This document shows positions 10,332-21,260 of a stretch of DNA of 64,000 nucleotides, piece after piece. Made by a program: the position numbers and the translations under genes. This DNA comes from an uncultured bacterium (GTDB lineage Bacteria > Krumholzibacteriota > Krumholzibacteriia > LZORAL124-64-63), in NCBI GenBank assembly GCA_963727525.1, contig CAVSGO010000005.1, positions 544,001-608,000 on the forward strand, written 5' to 3'. The number at the start of each line of letters is the position of its first letter. Position 1 is the first letter of the stretch. The notes beneath the pieces were generated by a model. The model did not search any database, was not told the origin of the DNA, and saw only the letters and a list, made by a program, of their open reading frames with translations.

Positions 10332-10781
10332 TCACCCGGTCACGGTCACGCTGCCGCCGACGGTTTCCACCGCCTTGATGGCTGCCTCGCTGGCTTTCGT
10401 CACCTCGACCTGGAGCGACTTCTCGATCGTGCCCCGGCCGAGCAGCTTCACCGGCTGCCCGGGGTGCTTGATCAGACCGGCTTCGGCCAGCGCGTCTGCA
10501 TTGATCTTGTCGCCAGCGTTGAACCGTGCCTCGAGCTGATCGAGGTTCACGAGCTGGAAGGTCTTCTTGAAGATGTTCGTGAAGCCGCGCTTCGGCAGAC
10601 GCCGGTTCAGCGGCATCTGACCACCCTCGAACCAGGGCGGGACGCCGCCGCCGGAACGCGCCTTCTGGCCCTTATGGCCGCGTCCGCCAGTCTTGCCCTG
10701 TCCGGATGCGGGGCCACGGCCTCGCCGCTTGGTGTTGCGCGTCGCCCCCGCGGGGGCGCCGATATCGTTCAGCTTGAGCAT
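10332..10781 (-). CDS. rplO: 50S ribosomal protein L15
   Basis: GRGHKGQKAR; FEGGQMPL. Confidence 0.98.
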   Translation of the reverse strand: MLKLNDIGAPAGATRNTKRRGRGPASGQGKTGGRGHKGQKARSGGGVPPWFEGGQMPLNRRLPKRGFTNIFKKTFQLVNLDQLEARFNAGDKINADALAEAGLIKHPGQPVKLLGRGTIEKSLQVEVTKASEAAIKAVETVGGSVTVTG

Positions 10782-10782
10782 G

Positions 10783-10971
10783 TCACTGCACCTCTTCCAC
10801 GTTCACGAGGTGACGCACCTTCTGCACCATGCCGCGGATCGCCGGCGTGTCGTTGTGGATCACCGTCATCTGATGGTGCCGCAGCCCGAGCGCCGCGATG
10901 ACCCGTCGGTGCGGCCAGGGCCGCCCGACGATACTCCTGATCTGCGTGATCTTCAGTTTCTTGTCACTCAT
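10783..10971 (-). CDS. rpmD: 50S ribosomal protein L30
   Basis: LKITQIRS...ALGL...IRGMV; expected position in the spc operon. Confidence 0.95.
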   Translation of the reverse strand: MSDKKLKITQIRSIVGRPWPHRRVIAALGLRHHQMTVIHNDTPAIRGMVQKVRHLVNVEEVQ

Positions 10972-11713
10972 CGCTGGTCGCCTCCTGGTCAGCGGCCGGC
11001 TCGGCCTGAGGGGCCGACTCGGTCGGCGCGACCGGCTTGGCCTTCGCCGCCTTGGCTTGACCGGGGACGGCGAGGCCCAGCACCTCGGGAACGGTGATGC
11101 CGCGCTTGGCCGCGAATTCCTCCACGCGCCGGAGCTGCCGCAAGCCGTCGATGGTCGCCTTCACCACGTTGTTGGGGTTGCGCGACCCGAGCTGCTTGGT
11201 CAGGATGTTGCGGATGCCGGCGGCTTCGATGATGGCGCGCACGCCACCCGCAGCGATCACGCCTGTACCAGCCACGGCCGGCTTCAACAGCACGCGGCTG
11301 GAGCCGAACACGCCCGTGACCGCGTACGGGATGGTGTCCTTGAGAACGGGCACCGACATCTGGTTGGCGCGAGCAGCCTCGCTGGCCTTGCGGATGGCGT
11401 CGGAGATCTCGTTCGCCTTGCCCATCGCCACGCCCACACGGCCCTTGCCGTCGCCGACGGTGACGATCGCACTGAAGCTGAAGCGCCGACCGCCCTTGAC
11501 CACTTTGGCCACGCGGTTGATGTTGATCACGTTCTCGAGCAAGTCCGGACCGTCGGACGAGCGGTCGCGATCGCGTCGATTGCCATCACGGCCGCCGGGC
11601 CCGCCGGGCCCTCCCGGCCCGCCACGTCGATCGCCGCGTCCGGCACCGGGACCTCCGCGCCGAGGGACTTGACCGCCACGACCGCCGGTATTGGTGTTCT
11701 GCATGTCCGCCAT
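10964..11713 (-). CDS. rpsE: 30S ribosomal protein S5 with N- and C-terminal extensions
   Basis: [22 protein letters not shown]. Confidence 0.97.
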   Translation of the reverse strand: MADMQNTNTGGRGGQVPRRGGPGAGRGDRRGGPGGPGGPGGRDGNRRDRDRSSDGPDLLENVININRVAKVVKGGRRFSFSAIVTVGDGKGRVGVAMGKANEISDAIRKASEAARANQMSVPVLKDTIPYAVTGVFGSSRVLLKPAVAGTGVIAAGGVRAIIEAAGIRNILTKQLGSRNPNNVVKATIDGLRQLRRVEEFAAKRGITVPEVLGLAVPGQAKAAKAKPVAPTESAPQAEPAADQEATSDE

Positions 11714-11761
11714 CGGAATACTGCTCCTGTCGTCTGGCAGCCGGCAATGCCGGCCGGCCTG

Positions 11762-12136
11762 CTAGAACTCGAGTCCACCGTCGCGGGCGCCCTGGGCCAG
11801 CGCCTCGACACGCCCGTGGTACAAGTAACCGTTGCGATCGAACACGACGGCCGCGACGCCCTTCTCTTTCGCGAGTTCGGCCAGGCTGTGGCCCACGCGA
11901 TAGGCGAGCGCGCGCTTGCCCGTCATGCCCTCCGGCAGTGTCGTCTCGCCCGCCTTCTTGCTGTCGCACCACACGAGCGTGCGACGGGTGTCGTCATCCA
12001 CGATCTGCGCGTAGATGTGGCGGTGACTGCGGAATACCGACAGGCGCGGCTTGGTCGCGGATCCGTGCAGGCCCTTGCCTACGCGCCGCTTGCGCTTGAC
12101 CCAGGCGCCATGCCTCGTGACACTGAACTGACTCAT
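11762..12136 (-). CDS. rplR: 50S ribosomal protein L18
   Basis: PRLSVFRS; VVFDRNGYLYHGRV. Confidence 0.97.
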   Translation of the reverse strand: MSQFSVTRHGAWVKRKRRVGKGLHGSATKPRLSVFRSHRHIYAQIVDDDTRRTLVWCDSKKAGETTLPEGMTGKRALAYRVGHSLAELAKEKGVAAVVFDRNGYLYHGRVEALAQGARDGGLEF

Positions 12137-12160
12137 CTTCGTCCTCCCGACCCGGCGCCA

Positions 12161-12700
12161 CTACTTGCCGGCGGCCTTGCCGGCCTTCCTCTGGATGATC
12201 TCGTCGGAGTATCGGATGCCTTTGCCCTTGTAGGGTTCCGGCTTGCGGTAGGCTCGGATCTCCGCGGCCACCTGTCCTACTTTTTGCTTATCGATCCCCG
12301 AGATCTGGATCCGCGTGGGCTCCGGCGTGACCACCGTGATGCCCTCAGGGATCTTGTACTCGAGGGGATGGCTGAACTGGAGCTGCAGATCCAGCACGTC
12401 GCCCTTGACCGCGGCACGGTAGCCGACACCCTCGATCAGCAGGGTGCGGGACCAGCCCTCGGTGACACCCGTGATCTGATTCGCGATCAGGGCGCGCACG
12501 AGCCCGTGGCGAGCCCTCATCGGCTTGCTCTCGTTCGGCCGCTCGATGACGAGCCGGCCACCATCCTGATTGATCGTCAGGCCGGTGGGGATGTGCTGAC
12601 GCATCTCGCCCTTGGGGCCCTTCACCACGGACTCGTTGCCCTGGATGGTGACGGTTACCCCGCCGGGAATCTCTATGGGTTTTTTTCCTACGCGCGACAT
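12161..12700 (-). CDS. rplF: 50S ribosomal protein L6
   Basis: MSRVGKKPI; PEPYKGKGI. Confidence 0.98.
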   Translation of the reverse strand: MSRVGKKPIEIPGGVTVTIQGNESVVKGPKGEMRQHIPTGLTINQDGGRLVIERPNESKPMRARHGLVRALIANQITGVTEGWSRTLLIEGVGYRAAVKGDVLDLQLQFSHPLEYKIPEGITVVTPEPTRIQISGIDKQKVGQVAAEIRAYRKPEPYKGKGIRYSDEIIQRKAGKAAGK

Positions 12701-12707
12701 ACTTCGA

Positions 12708-12774
12708 CTCCTTGGCGGCCTGAAGGCTCACGACGGCAGGACGTAGCTTGACGGCCCGACGTTGCTAGACGGCC
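12708..12774. repeat. 18-nt-period degenerate tandem repeat in the rpsH-rplF spacer
   Basis: mRNA GGCCGTCTAGCAACGTCG / GGCCGTCAAGCTACGTCC / TGCCGTCGTGAGCCTTCA / GGCCGCCAAGGAG. Confidence 0.7.
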
Positions 12775-12780
12775 TGTCCG

Positions 12781-13188
12781 CTACCAGACCTCGCACACCA
12801 CTTCGCCGCCGATACCGCGCTGGCGACACTGGTGGCCCGTGAGAATACCCTGATTGGTCGACAAGATCGAGATCCCGTAGCCTCCGCAGACCTTCGGGAT
12901 GCTGTCCTTGCCGGCGAAGATGCGTCGCCCCGGGCGACTCACGCGCCGGATGCCCTCGATGACGCCGATGCGCTTGCCTTCGCGATCGAAATACTTGAGG
13001 TGCAGACGCAGCGACCCTTGCGCATTGTCGGAGACCTCGTCGAACTTCATGATGTAACCCTGTTGCTCGAGGAGCTGCGCGATGGCCCGCTTCGTGCCCG
13101 AAGCCGGTACGTCCACCTTTCGGTGACCGGCCTGGATGGCGTTCCGAATCCGCGACAGCATATCCGCAATGGGATCGGTCATGCTCAT
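12781..13188 (-). CDS. rpsH: 30S ribosomal protein S8
   Basis: MSMTDPIADML; GGEVVCEVW. Confidence 0.97.
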   Translation of the reverse strand: MSMTDPIADMLSRIRNAIQAGHRKVDVPASGTKRAIAQLLEQQGYIMKFDEVSDNAQGSLRLHLKYFDREGKRIGVIEGIRRVSRPGRRIFAGKDSIPKVCGGYGISILSTNQGILTGHQCRQRGIGGEVVCEVW

Positions 13189-13210
13189 GCTACCTGACTC
13201 CTTCTGCCCG

Positions 13211-13396
13211 CTACCAGCTGGCCTTCTTGACGCCCGGGATGTCACCCGAGAGGGCGAGCTCCCGGAAGCAGATGCGACAGAGACCGAATTTACGGATGTA
13301 GGCCCGCGGGCGACCGCAGCGGCGGCAGCGGTTATAGGCCCTGACCTTGAACTTGGGCGGCCGGCTGGCCTTCGCGATCAGTGACTTTCTGGCCAA
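13211..13396 (-). CDS. rpsN: 30S ribosomal protein S14, type Z (Zn-binding)
   Basis: 61 aa; RCRRCGR...LCRICFR; TTG start. Confidence 0.97.
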   Translation of the reverse strand: MARKSLIAKASRPPKFKVRAYNRCRRCGRPRAYIRKFGLCRICFRELALSGDIPGVKKASW

Positions 13397-13411
13397 AACA
13401 ATTTCCTCCCA

Positions 13412-13963
13412 CTACGCACGCCGGAACGGCACACCCAGCAACTTCAGAAGTTCGCGTCCCTCTTCGTCATTACTGGCGGTGGTGACGATGGTCACATTCA
13501 TACCCCGAGGTTCGTCGACCTTGTCGTAGTCGATCTCGGGGAAGATCAACTGGTCCTTCAAGCCGAGCGTGTAGTCGCCGCTTCCACTGAACTTCGCCGG
13601 CACGCCGCGGAAGTCGCGGATGCGCGGCAGCGCGATGTTGATGAAGCGGTCGAGGAACTCCCACATCCGTTCGTCACGCAGCGTGACGCGGGCGCCGATC
13701 GGCATGCCGGCGCGCACCTTGAAGTTCGAGATGGACTTACGGGCACGGGTCTTGACGGCCTTCTGCCCGGTGATCTTCTCGAGGTCCGCGACCGCGTTCT
13801 CCAGCAGCTTCGGGTTCTGCGGCGCGCGTCCGAGTCCCATGTTGAGCACGACCTTCACCGGCTTCGGGACCTGCATCGCGCTCTGGTACTGGAACTTCTC
13901 ATGCAGCGCGGGCACGACGTCACCTTCGTAAACCACCCGCAGCCGCGGCTTGCTCTTGGCCAT
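13412..13963 (-). CDS. rplE: 50S ribosomal protein L5
   Basis: [19 protein letters not shown]. Confidence 0.98.
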   Translation of the reverse strand: MAKSKPRLRVVYEGDVVPALHEKFQYQSAMQVPKPVKVVLNMGLGRAPQNPKLLENAVADLEKITGQKAVKTRARKSISNFKVRAGMPIGARVTLRDERMWEFLDRFINIALPRIRDFRGVPAKFSGSGDYTLGLKDQLIFPEIDYDKVDEPRGMNVTIVTTASNDEEGRELLKLLGVPFRRA

Positions 13964-14002
13964 TTCTCCTACCTCCCGACGCGATCAAGTCGTTCAGACA
14001 TC

Positions 14003-14317
14003 TCAGTCGCTCAGCATTTCGCCGCTCTTCTTGCTCACCCGAGCACGGCTGCCGTCCGACAGGATCGCCTTGCCGATTCGCGTCGGCTGCTTCGTGTTGG
14101 GACAGACCAGCATGACGTTGGAAGCGTTGATCGGCGCCTCCTTCTCGATGATGCCGCCCTGCGGACTGTCCTGATTCGGACGCTGGTGCCGCTTGATCAG
14201 ATTGATCTTCTCGATGATGACGCGGTTGGCGTTCGGAAAGACCTTGAGCACCGCGCCTTCCTTGCCCTTGTCGTTGCCCGCCATGACACGGACCCTGTCA
14301 CCCTTCTTGATCCGCAT
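14003..14317 (-). CDS. rplX: 50S ribosomal protein L24
   Basis: KOW motif IKKGDRVRVMAGNDKGK; EAPINASNV. Confidence 0.97.
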   Translation of the reverse strand: MRIKKGDRVRVMAGNDKGKEGAVLKVFPNANRVIIEKINLIKRHQRPNQDSPQGGIIEKEAPINASNVMLVCPNTKQPTRIGKAILSDGSRARVSKKSGEMLSD

Positions 14318-14688
14318 CACCAGACCTCCGGCGCCAGCGAAACAATCTTCATGAACTTGCGATCACGCAGCTCGCGGGCCACCGGCCCGAAGATGCGCGT
14401 CCCGATGGGCTCCTTGCCCTCACTGTCCAGAACGACGGCCGCGTTCTCGCTGAACCGGATGTACGAACCATCCTTGCGGCCGATTTCCTTCCGTGTGCGC
14501 ACCACCACGCACTTGATGACTTGCCCCTTCTTGACGTTGCCATTCGGGATGGCCGTCTTGACGGCGGCGACGATCACGTCACCGACGCGGGCATAACGAC
14601 GACCCGTGCCACCGAGTATACGGATGCACATCGCCGTCTTGGCGCCGGAGTTGTCTGCGATGTTGAATCGCGTGTATTCCTGAATCAT
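14317..14688 (-). CDS. rplN: 50S ribosomal protein L14
   Basis: [19 protein letters not shown]. Confidence 0.98.
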   Translation of the reverse strand: MIQEYTRFNIADNSGAKTAMCIRILGGTGRRYARVGDVIVAAVKTAIPNGNVKKGQVIKCVVVRTRKEIGRKDGSYIRFSENAAVVLDSEGKEPIGTRIFGPVARELRDRKFMKIVSLAPEVW

Positions 14689-14709
14689 GTTCCCGTTCCT
14701 CCGGCCAGA

Positions 14710-14973
14710 TTACTTGGCCCGCTCCAGAACCTCTGCTACCCGCCAGCGCTTCGTCTTCGAGAGAGGCCGGGCGGACATGATCTTGACGACGTCACCGATC
14801 TGGCACGAGTTCTCCTCGTCATGCGCGACCAGCTTGGACGACTGCGTGACGATCCGCTTGTAGAGCGGATGCGGGAACCGGCGGCTGATCCGCACGATCA
14901 CGGTCTTCTCCATCTTGTTGGAGACGACCGTGCCAATCCTGACCGCCCTCAGGTTACGTTCGGTGTTGGCCAT
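14710..14973 (-). CDS. rpsQ: 30S ribosomal protein S17
   Basis: GTVVSNKMEKT; RPLSKTKRW. Confidence 0.98.
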   Translation of the reverse strand: MANTERNLRAVRIGTVVSNKMEKTVIVRISRRFPHPLYKRIVTQSSKLVAHDEENSCQIGDVVKIMSARPLSKTKRWRVAEVLERAK

Positions 14974-15013
14974 GTTTCTCTACTCCTTGCCACCCGTCGC
15001 CGGGGGCGCACCG

Positions 15014-15223
15014 TTATCCCTGGGCGGCGGCACGCCGCTTCTCGTTGATCACCGTCTTGATCGTCGCGAGCTCGCGCCGCGCGTTGCGGACGGACAGCGG
15101 ATTGTCGATCTGACGCAGCTTCAACCGCATGCGCAGATTCATCACCTCTTCGGCCTTCTCCCGCTCGATCGCGATGAGATCCTCGACCGCGAGATCGCGG
15201 TAGTCGTGCGCTTTCTTCGACAT
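15014..15223 (-). CDS. rpmC: 50S ribosomal protein L29
   Basis: NP..VRNARRELATIKTV; lies between rplP and rpsQ. Confidence 0.93.
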   Translation of the reverse strand: MSKKAHDYRDLAVEDLIAIEREKAEEVMNLRMRLKLRQIDNPLSVRNARRELATIKTVINEKRRAAAQG

Positions 15224-15226
15224 CGG

Positions 15227-15643
15227 TCACTCTCCATGCTGACGGCTGACGATCCGCGTCTTGAACGGAAGCTTGGCGGCGCCCAGGATCAGGGCCTCCT
15301 TGGCCAACTCCGGCGATACGCCGTCGATCTCGTAGATGATGCGTCCCGGCTTGATCACCGCGACCCAGTACTCCGGTGCGCCCTTGCCTTTGCCCATACG
15401 GGTCTCGGCGGGCTTCAGGGTGATCGGCTTGTCCGGAAAGACCCGGATCCACACCTTACCCAGTCGCTTCATCTTGCGGGTGATGGCGACACGCGCGGCC
15501 TCGATCTGCCGGCTCTTCATCCAGCCCGGCTCGATGGCCTGCAGGCCGTAGTCGCCGAAGGCCACCGTCGTTCCGCGCGTGGCGAGACCGCGGCGACGGC
15601 CCTTCATCATTTTCCGGAACTTTGTGCGCTTCGGCATCAACAT
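15227..15643 (-). CDS. rplP: 50S ribosomal protein L16
   Basis: [18 protein letters not shown]. Confidence 0.98.
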   Translation of the reverse strand: MLMPKRTKFRKMMKGRRRGLATRGTTVAFGDYGLQAIEPGWMKSRQIEAARVAITRKMKRLGKVWIRVFPDKPITLKPAETRMGKGKGAPEYWVAVIKPGRIIYEIDGVSPELAKEALILGAAKLPFKTRIVSRQHGE

Positions 15644-15727
15644 GGTTCGTTTACCTCTCTCACCTGGGCGCGCTTGGCGCCCTCGGACCGTACGTCGACG
15701 GTGGTCTAGCTCTTCTGTCCCGGACGA

Positions 15728-16402
15728 CTAGCTTCGTTCCCTGACGACCTGGGCCCGCATCTGTTCCTTGTACTCGGACGGGAAGATCTCGCCCTTGCAG
15801 ATCCACACCTTGACGCCGATGGTGCCGTAGGCCGACTTGCCCACCGACGTACCGTAGTCGATGTCCGCGCGCAGTGTGTGCAGAGGCACGCTACCGTCGG
15901 CATAGCTCTCAACACGCGCCATCTCGGCGCCGCCGAGGCGGCCGGCGCAACGCACGCGGATGCCGCGGGCGCCCATGCGCATCGCCGTGGAGATCGCTTT
16001 CTTCATGGCGCGACGGAAGGAGACGCGATTGGCGAGCTGCACCGCGATGTGATCCGCCACCAGCGGGGCGCTCAGTTCCGGCTTCTTCACTTCCTCGACA
16101 TCCAACTTCACGCTCTTGCCGATCATCTTCTGCAACTCGGCCCGCAGCTGGTCCGCCTGCGCGCCCTTGCGCCCGATCACGACACCCGGCCGGCTCGTCG
16201 CGACGATGATGTTCACCTTCTCGCGGAAACGCTTGATCTTGATCGAGGCCAGCCCGGCAGCTCCGACCCGCGCAGAGATGTACTTGCGCAGGAGGATGTC
16301 CTCGTTCAGCCAGTCCGCGAAACTCTTGGCGCTGAACCAGGTGGAGTTCCAGTCCTTGACGACCCCGAGCCGAAATCCGACCGGATGCGTTTTCTGACCC
16401 AT
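15728..16402 (-). CDS. rpsC: 30S ribosomal protein S3
   Basis: [24 protein letters not shown]. Confidence 0.98.
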   Translation of the reverse strand: MGQKTHPVGFRLGVVKDWNSTWFSAKSFADWLNEDILLRKYISARVGAAGLASIKIKRFREKVNIIVATSRPGVVIGRKGAQADQLRAELQKMIGKSVKLDVEEVKKPELSAPLVADHIAVQLANRVSFRRAMKKAISTAMRMGARGIRVRCAGRLGGAEMARVESYADGSVPLHTLRADIDYGTSVGKSAYGTIGVKVWICKGEIFPSEYKEQMRAQVVRERS

Positions 16403-16419
16403 GATCTAATCTTCCTCCG

Positions 16420-16767
16420 CTAGTCCAAAGTCTGGACGACCACCTTGATGTGGCTCATCCGCTTCAAGATTCCAAATGCGCGCCCCTGCGACCGCGGCTG
16501 GATGCGCTTCATCGTCGGCCCTTCGTCGATCCGGATCTCCTTCACCAGCAGCTCGTCATCCGCGAGCTTGGCGCCCGTGGTGACCTGCTGCTGCACGTTG
16601 GCGCGGGCCGAGAGGATGGTCTTGCGCACCAGCGGCGACGCCTTCTTCGGCGTCAAAGCCAGGATGCCCAGAGCTTCCTGCACGGTCTTGCCTCGCACGA
16701 GGTCCGCCACCAGACGGGCCTTCTTGGACGAGATCAGGATGTAGCGGGAGACGGCAGTTGCCTCCAT
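16420..16767 (-). CDS. rplV: 50S ribosomal protein L22
   Basis: KARLVADLVRG; GPTMKR..PRSQGRA; ATG at 16767. Confidence 0.96.
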   Translation of the reverse strand: MEATAVSRYILISSKKARLVADLVRGKTVQEALGILALTPKKASPLVRKTILSARANVQQQVTTGAKLADDELLVKEIRIDEGPTMKRIQPRSQGRAFGILKRMSHIKVVVQTLD

Positions 16768-16789
16768 CTCGTCAACCTCCAACCGTTCG

Positions 16790-17059
16790 CTACTTCTTCT
16801 TCTTGCTGGTGTGGCCACGATACGTGCGTGTGGGCGCGAACTCGCCCAGCTTGTGGCCAACCATGTTCTCCTGGACATAAACGGGCACGAACTGCTTGCC
16901 ATTGTGCACCGCAATCGTGTGTCCCAGGAACTCGGGCACGATCGTCGAGCGACGCGACCAGGTCTTCACGACCCGCTTCTCGCTCTTCGAGTTGAGCGTG
17001 CTCACTTTCGTGACCAGATGGCCGTCGACGAACGGGCCCTTCTTGATCGATCTCGCCAT
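16790..17059 (-). CDS. rpsS: 30S ribosomal protein S19
   Basis: [21 protein letters not shown]. Confidence 0.98.
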   Translation of the reverse strand: MARSIKKGPFVDGHLVTKVSTLNSKSEKRVVKTWSRRSTIVPEFLGHTIAVHNGKQFVPVYVQENMVGHKLGEFAPTRTYRGHTSKKKK

Positions 17060-17098
17060 GCCTACCGTATCCTCCGTCGCGTATACCGCTTGGGCGGC

Positions 17099-17929
17099 CT
17101 ACTTGTTGACCTTGCGCCGGCGCACGATGAAGGCGTCGGACGGCTGCTTCTTGCGCGTCTTGTAACCTTTGGTGGGCTTGCCCCACGGCGTGGTCGGATG
17201 CCGGCCGCCGCTCGTGCGGCCTTCACCACCTCCGTGCGGATGGTCCACCGGATTCATCGCCACGCCGCGCACGGTGGGGCGGAAGCCCAGCCAGCGCGTA
17301 CGGCCAGCCTTGCCGCTGACCACGTTCTCGTGCTCGGAGTTGCCGACCTCGCCGATCGTCGCATAGCAGTTCTTGTGTACCATGCGCACCTCGCCGCTCG
17401 GCAAACGCAGGGTGACGCGGTCACCCTCCTTCGCCATGAGCTGCGCGTAGGCACCGGCGCTGCGCACGATCTGGCCGCCGCGGCCGATGTTCAGCTCGAC
17501 GTTGTGCACCAGCGTTCCCAGCGGGATCCGCTCGAGCGGCAGCGCGTTGCCCGCGTTGTACGACGCATCCGGCCCGGCGACCACGGTGTCTCCGACGTTG
17601 AGGCCCTTCGGCCGGATGATGTAGCGCTTCTCGCCGTCGGCATAGACCAGGAGCGCGATCCGGGCACTGCGATTGGGATCGTACTCGATCGCCACGACTC
17701 GCGCCGGAACTTCCAGCTTGTTGCGCTTGAAGTCGATCTTGCGGTAGCGCCGCTTGTGGCCGCCGCCGCGGTGCCGAACCGTGATCCGACCGGTATTGTT
17801 GCGGCCGCCCTTCTTGTTGAGGGGCTCCAGCAACGACTTCTCCGGCTCCGTCTTCGTGATCTCGCCGAAGTCGGCGACGGTCCGGAAACGCTGGGTCGGC
17901 GTCCTTGGCTTGAGCTTTCTGATGGCCAT
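17099..17929 (-). CDS. rplB: 50S ribosomal protein L2
   Basis: [21 protein letters not shown]. Confidence 0.98.
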   Translation of the reverse strand: MAIRKLKPRTPTQRFRTVADFGEITKTEPEKSLLEPLNKKGGRNNTGRITVRHRGGGHKRRYRKIDFKRNKLEVPARVVAIEYDPNRSARIALLVYADGEKRYIIRPKGLNVGDTVVAGPDASYNAGNALPLERIPLGTLVHNVELNIGRGGQIVRSAGAYAQLMAKEGDRVTLRLPSGEVRMVHKNCYATIGEVGNSEHENVVSGKAGRTRWLGFRPTVRGVAMNPVDHPHGGGEGRTSGGRHPTTPWGKPTKGYKTRKKQPSDAFIVRRRKVNK

Positions 17930-17964
17930 CTCTCTCGTCTCCTCTGCCCCGGCCCGGGGAATTC

Positions 17965-18016
17965 GTCGAACGAATCTGGACCTGGTCGAACGGGTCTAGA
18001 CCTGGTCGAACAAATC
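17965..18016. repeat. 20-nt-period tandem duplication of the rplW 3' end
   Basis: gtcgaacgaatctggacctg / gtcgaacgggtctagacctg / gtcgaacaaatc. Confidence 0.8.
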
Positions 18017-18286
18017 GATCGTATCGCCCTCGGCGAGGGTCACGATGGCTTTCTTCCAGTCCGCGCGCTTGCCGGAAAACCGGCCCTGCCGCTTGATCTT
18101 GCCCAGCACGTTCATGGTGGTGACTTCGAGCACCTTCACACCGAAGTAATGCTCCACCGCCTGCCGCACCTCGTGCTTGTTCGCGTGCGGATGCACCTCG
18201 AAAATGTACTTGTTGTCCCGCTCACGCAGGAACGCGCAGCGCTCGGTGATCAGCGGCTTGCGCACTACCTGGCTCAGGTCTTTCAT
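17996..18286 (-). CDS. rplW: 50S ribosomal protein L23
   Basis: PLITE; WKKAIVTL; ATG overlaps the rplD stop. Confidence 0.96.
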   Translation of the reverse strand: MKDLSQVVRKPLITERCAFLRERDNKYIFEVHPHANKHEVRQAVEHYFGVKVLEVTTMNVLGKIKRQGRFSGKRADWKKAIVTLAEGDTIDLFDQV

Positions 18287-18909
18287 GCGAACACCTCCGC
18301 CGCGGTGTCCAGTGCGCTCTGCATGAACACCAGGTTGTCGGCCCAGAGGATGGTGTAAGCGTTCAACTCGTCGCTCCTCAGGACGCGCACGCCCTTCAGA
18401 TTGCGCCAAGACTTGAACAGCGTGTCGCCCTGGCCGGTGAGTACCACCAGCGTGTGCCGACCTTCCAGCGACATCGACGCGAGCAGCTTCGCCATGCGCG
18501 ACGTCTTGGGCGCGTCGAGGCTGAAATCCTCGATCACGGCCACACGCTCGCTGGCCGCGCGATCGCTGAGAGCCGACTTCAACGCCAGGCGCTTGATCTT
18601 GCGCGGCAGCACGTAGCCGTAATCGCGCGGATGCGGCCCGTGGGCACGGCCGCCACCGACGCGGCTCGCGCTGCGGATCTGACCCATGCGGGCCCGACCG
18701 GTGCCCTTCTGGCGGAACATCTTCGACTTCGAACCGACCACCTCGGCCCGCGTCTTGGTGTCATGCGTGCCCTGACGCTGGTTTGCCAGGTAGCAGCGGA
18801 CGGCCTCGTACAGGGCCTGTCGATGCACTGGCTGCTCGAAGAGGGCCGCCGGCAGATCCACCGTGCCCTTCTGCTCGCCCGTGCTCGTGAATAGCTTCGC
18901 CGTTGCCAT
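18283..18909 (-). CDS. rplD: 50S ribosomal protein L4
   Basis: RQGTHDTKTR; QKGTGRAR. Confidence 0.98.
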   Translation of the reverse strand: MATAKLFTSTGEQKGTVDLPAALFEQPVHRQALYEAVRCYLANQRQGTHDTKTRAEVVGSKSKMFRQKGTGRARMGQIRSASRVGGGRAHGPHPRDYGYVLPRKIKRLALKSALSDRAASERVAVIEDFSLDAPKTSRMAKLLASMSLEGRHTLVVLTGQGDTLFKSWRNLKGVRVLRSDELNAYTILWADNLVFMQSALDTAAEVFA

Positions 18910-18945
18910 GATCTCGACCTCGTCTCGCCGGTTGATCCGGACGTC

Positions 18946-19566
18946 CTACCGGCAGGGCCGGATGAACACGACTCCATTGCGATGGCCGGGCACACTGCCA
19001 CGCACCATCAGAAGGTTGCGCTCTTTGTCGATCTCGACGACCACCAGGTTCTTCTTGGTTTCCCGCTTGTTGCCGTACTGGCCCGCCATGGGGTGACCCT
19101 TGAGCACGCGGCCCGGGAATTCGCACATGGCGATGCCGCCCGGCTCGCGCACGTTCTTGGAACCATGCGACGACGGGCCCCGGTGCTGACCATGCCGCTT
19201 GATGCGTCCCGAGAAGCCGCGCCCCTTGGTGGTGCCCACCACGTCGACCTTCAGCGCGCCCTCGAGCACCGACAGATCGACGACGTCGCCCAGCTTGAAG
19301 GCACTCTTGCCGTCGAGTCGATACTCGCACAGAGTCCGCAGCGGCTCGCAGCCCGCCTTGCGGAAGTGCCCCTGCATCGGCATGGGCGTGTTCTTGGGCT
19401 TCTTCTTGCCGAAGCCGAGCTGCACGGCGCTGTAACCGTCGCGAGCGTCCGTCCGGACCTGGGTAACCACGCAGGGTCCAGCCTCGATCACCGTCACGGG
19501 CACCGCGCGACCGTCTTCCATGAAGCGGCGGGTCATGCCGAGCTTCTTGCCGATCAGTCCGATCAT
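18946..19566 (-). CDS. rplC: 50S ribosomal protein L3
   Basis: GKKLGMT; DGYSAVQLG; KGRGF. Confidence 0.98.
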   Translation of the reverse strand: MIGLIGKKLGMTRRFMEDGRAVPVTVIEAGPCVVTQVRTDARDGYSAVQLGFGKKKPKNTPMPMQGHFRKAGCEPLRTLCEYRLDGKSAFKLGDVVDLSVLEGALKVDVVGTTKGRGFSGRIKRHGQHRGPSSHGSKNVREPGGIAMCEFPGRVLKGHPMAGQYGNKRETKKNLVVVEIDKERNLLMVRGSVPGHRNGVVFIRPCR

Positions 19567-19599
19567 TGTCTCGCTCCCTTACTCTCGCCCAGGGCGGAG

Positions 19600-19908
19600 T
19601 CAGGCCTTGATCTCTACATCCACGCTCGCCGGTAGCGTCAGCTTGCGCAGAAACTCCGTGGTCTGCGGCGTCGAGTTCTCGATCTCGATCAACCGCTTGT
19701 GGATCCGAATCTCGAACTGCTCGCGGGACTTCTTGTCCACGTGCGGCGAGCGCAGAACCGTGTACACCGAGCGTCGCGTCGGCAAGGGAATCGGTCCGCG
19801 TACGAGCGCGCCCGTCTTGAGCACGGTCGCCACGATGACCTCCGCCGACTTGTCGAGCACCGCGGCCTCATAGGCTCGCAGCTTGATCTTGATCTTCTGA
19901 CGCGCCAC
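19600..19908 (-). CDS. rpsJ: 30S ribosomal protein S10
   Basis: [20 protein letters not shown]. Confidence 0.98.
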   Translation of the reverse strand: MARQKIKIKLRAYEAAVLDKSAEVIVATVLKTGALVRGPIPLPTRRSVYTVLRSPHVDKKSREQFEIRIHKRLIEIENSTPQTTEFLRKLTLPASVDVEIKA

Positions 19909-20039
19909 ACCTGCTCCTTTGCGATGGCTACTCCAGCATCGCCTTCCGGTCCCGTCTGACAGGGCATGCCGGATGGCGCCTGCTCACCTGTCGCGTGTCC
20001 GAGGCGGGGCAGCGGGATGCCGCCCCTGTCGGTTCCGCT

Positions 20040-21233
<1,194 letters not shown>

Positions 21234-21260
21234 GACCGGCAACCTCCTCGCGGGGCGTTC

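Noticed and set aside
15644-15730. Possible TAG readthrough fusing rpsC to rplP (the 84-nt spacer is open and in frame)
   Set aside because: Many other genes end at TAG exactly at their conserved C-termini, so TAG is a true stop; rplP has its own RBS.
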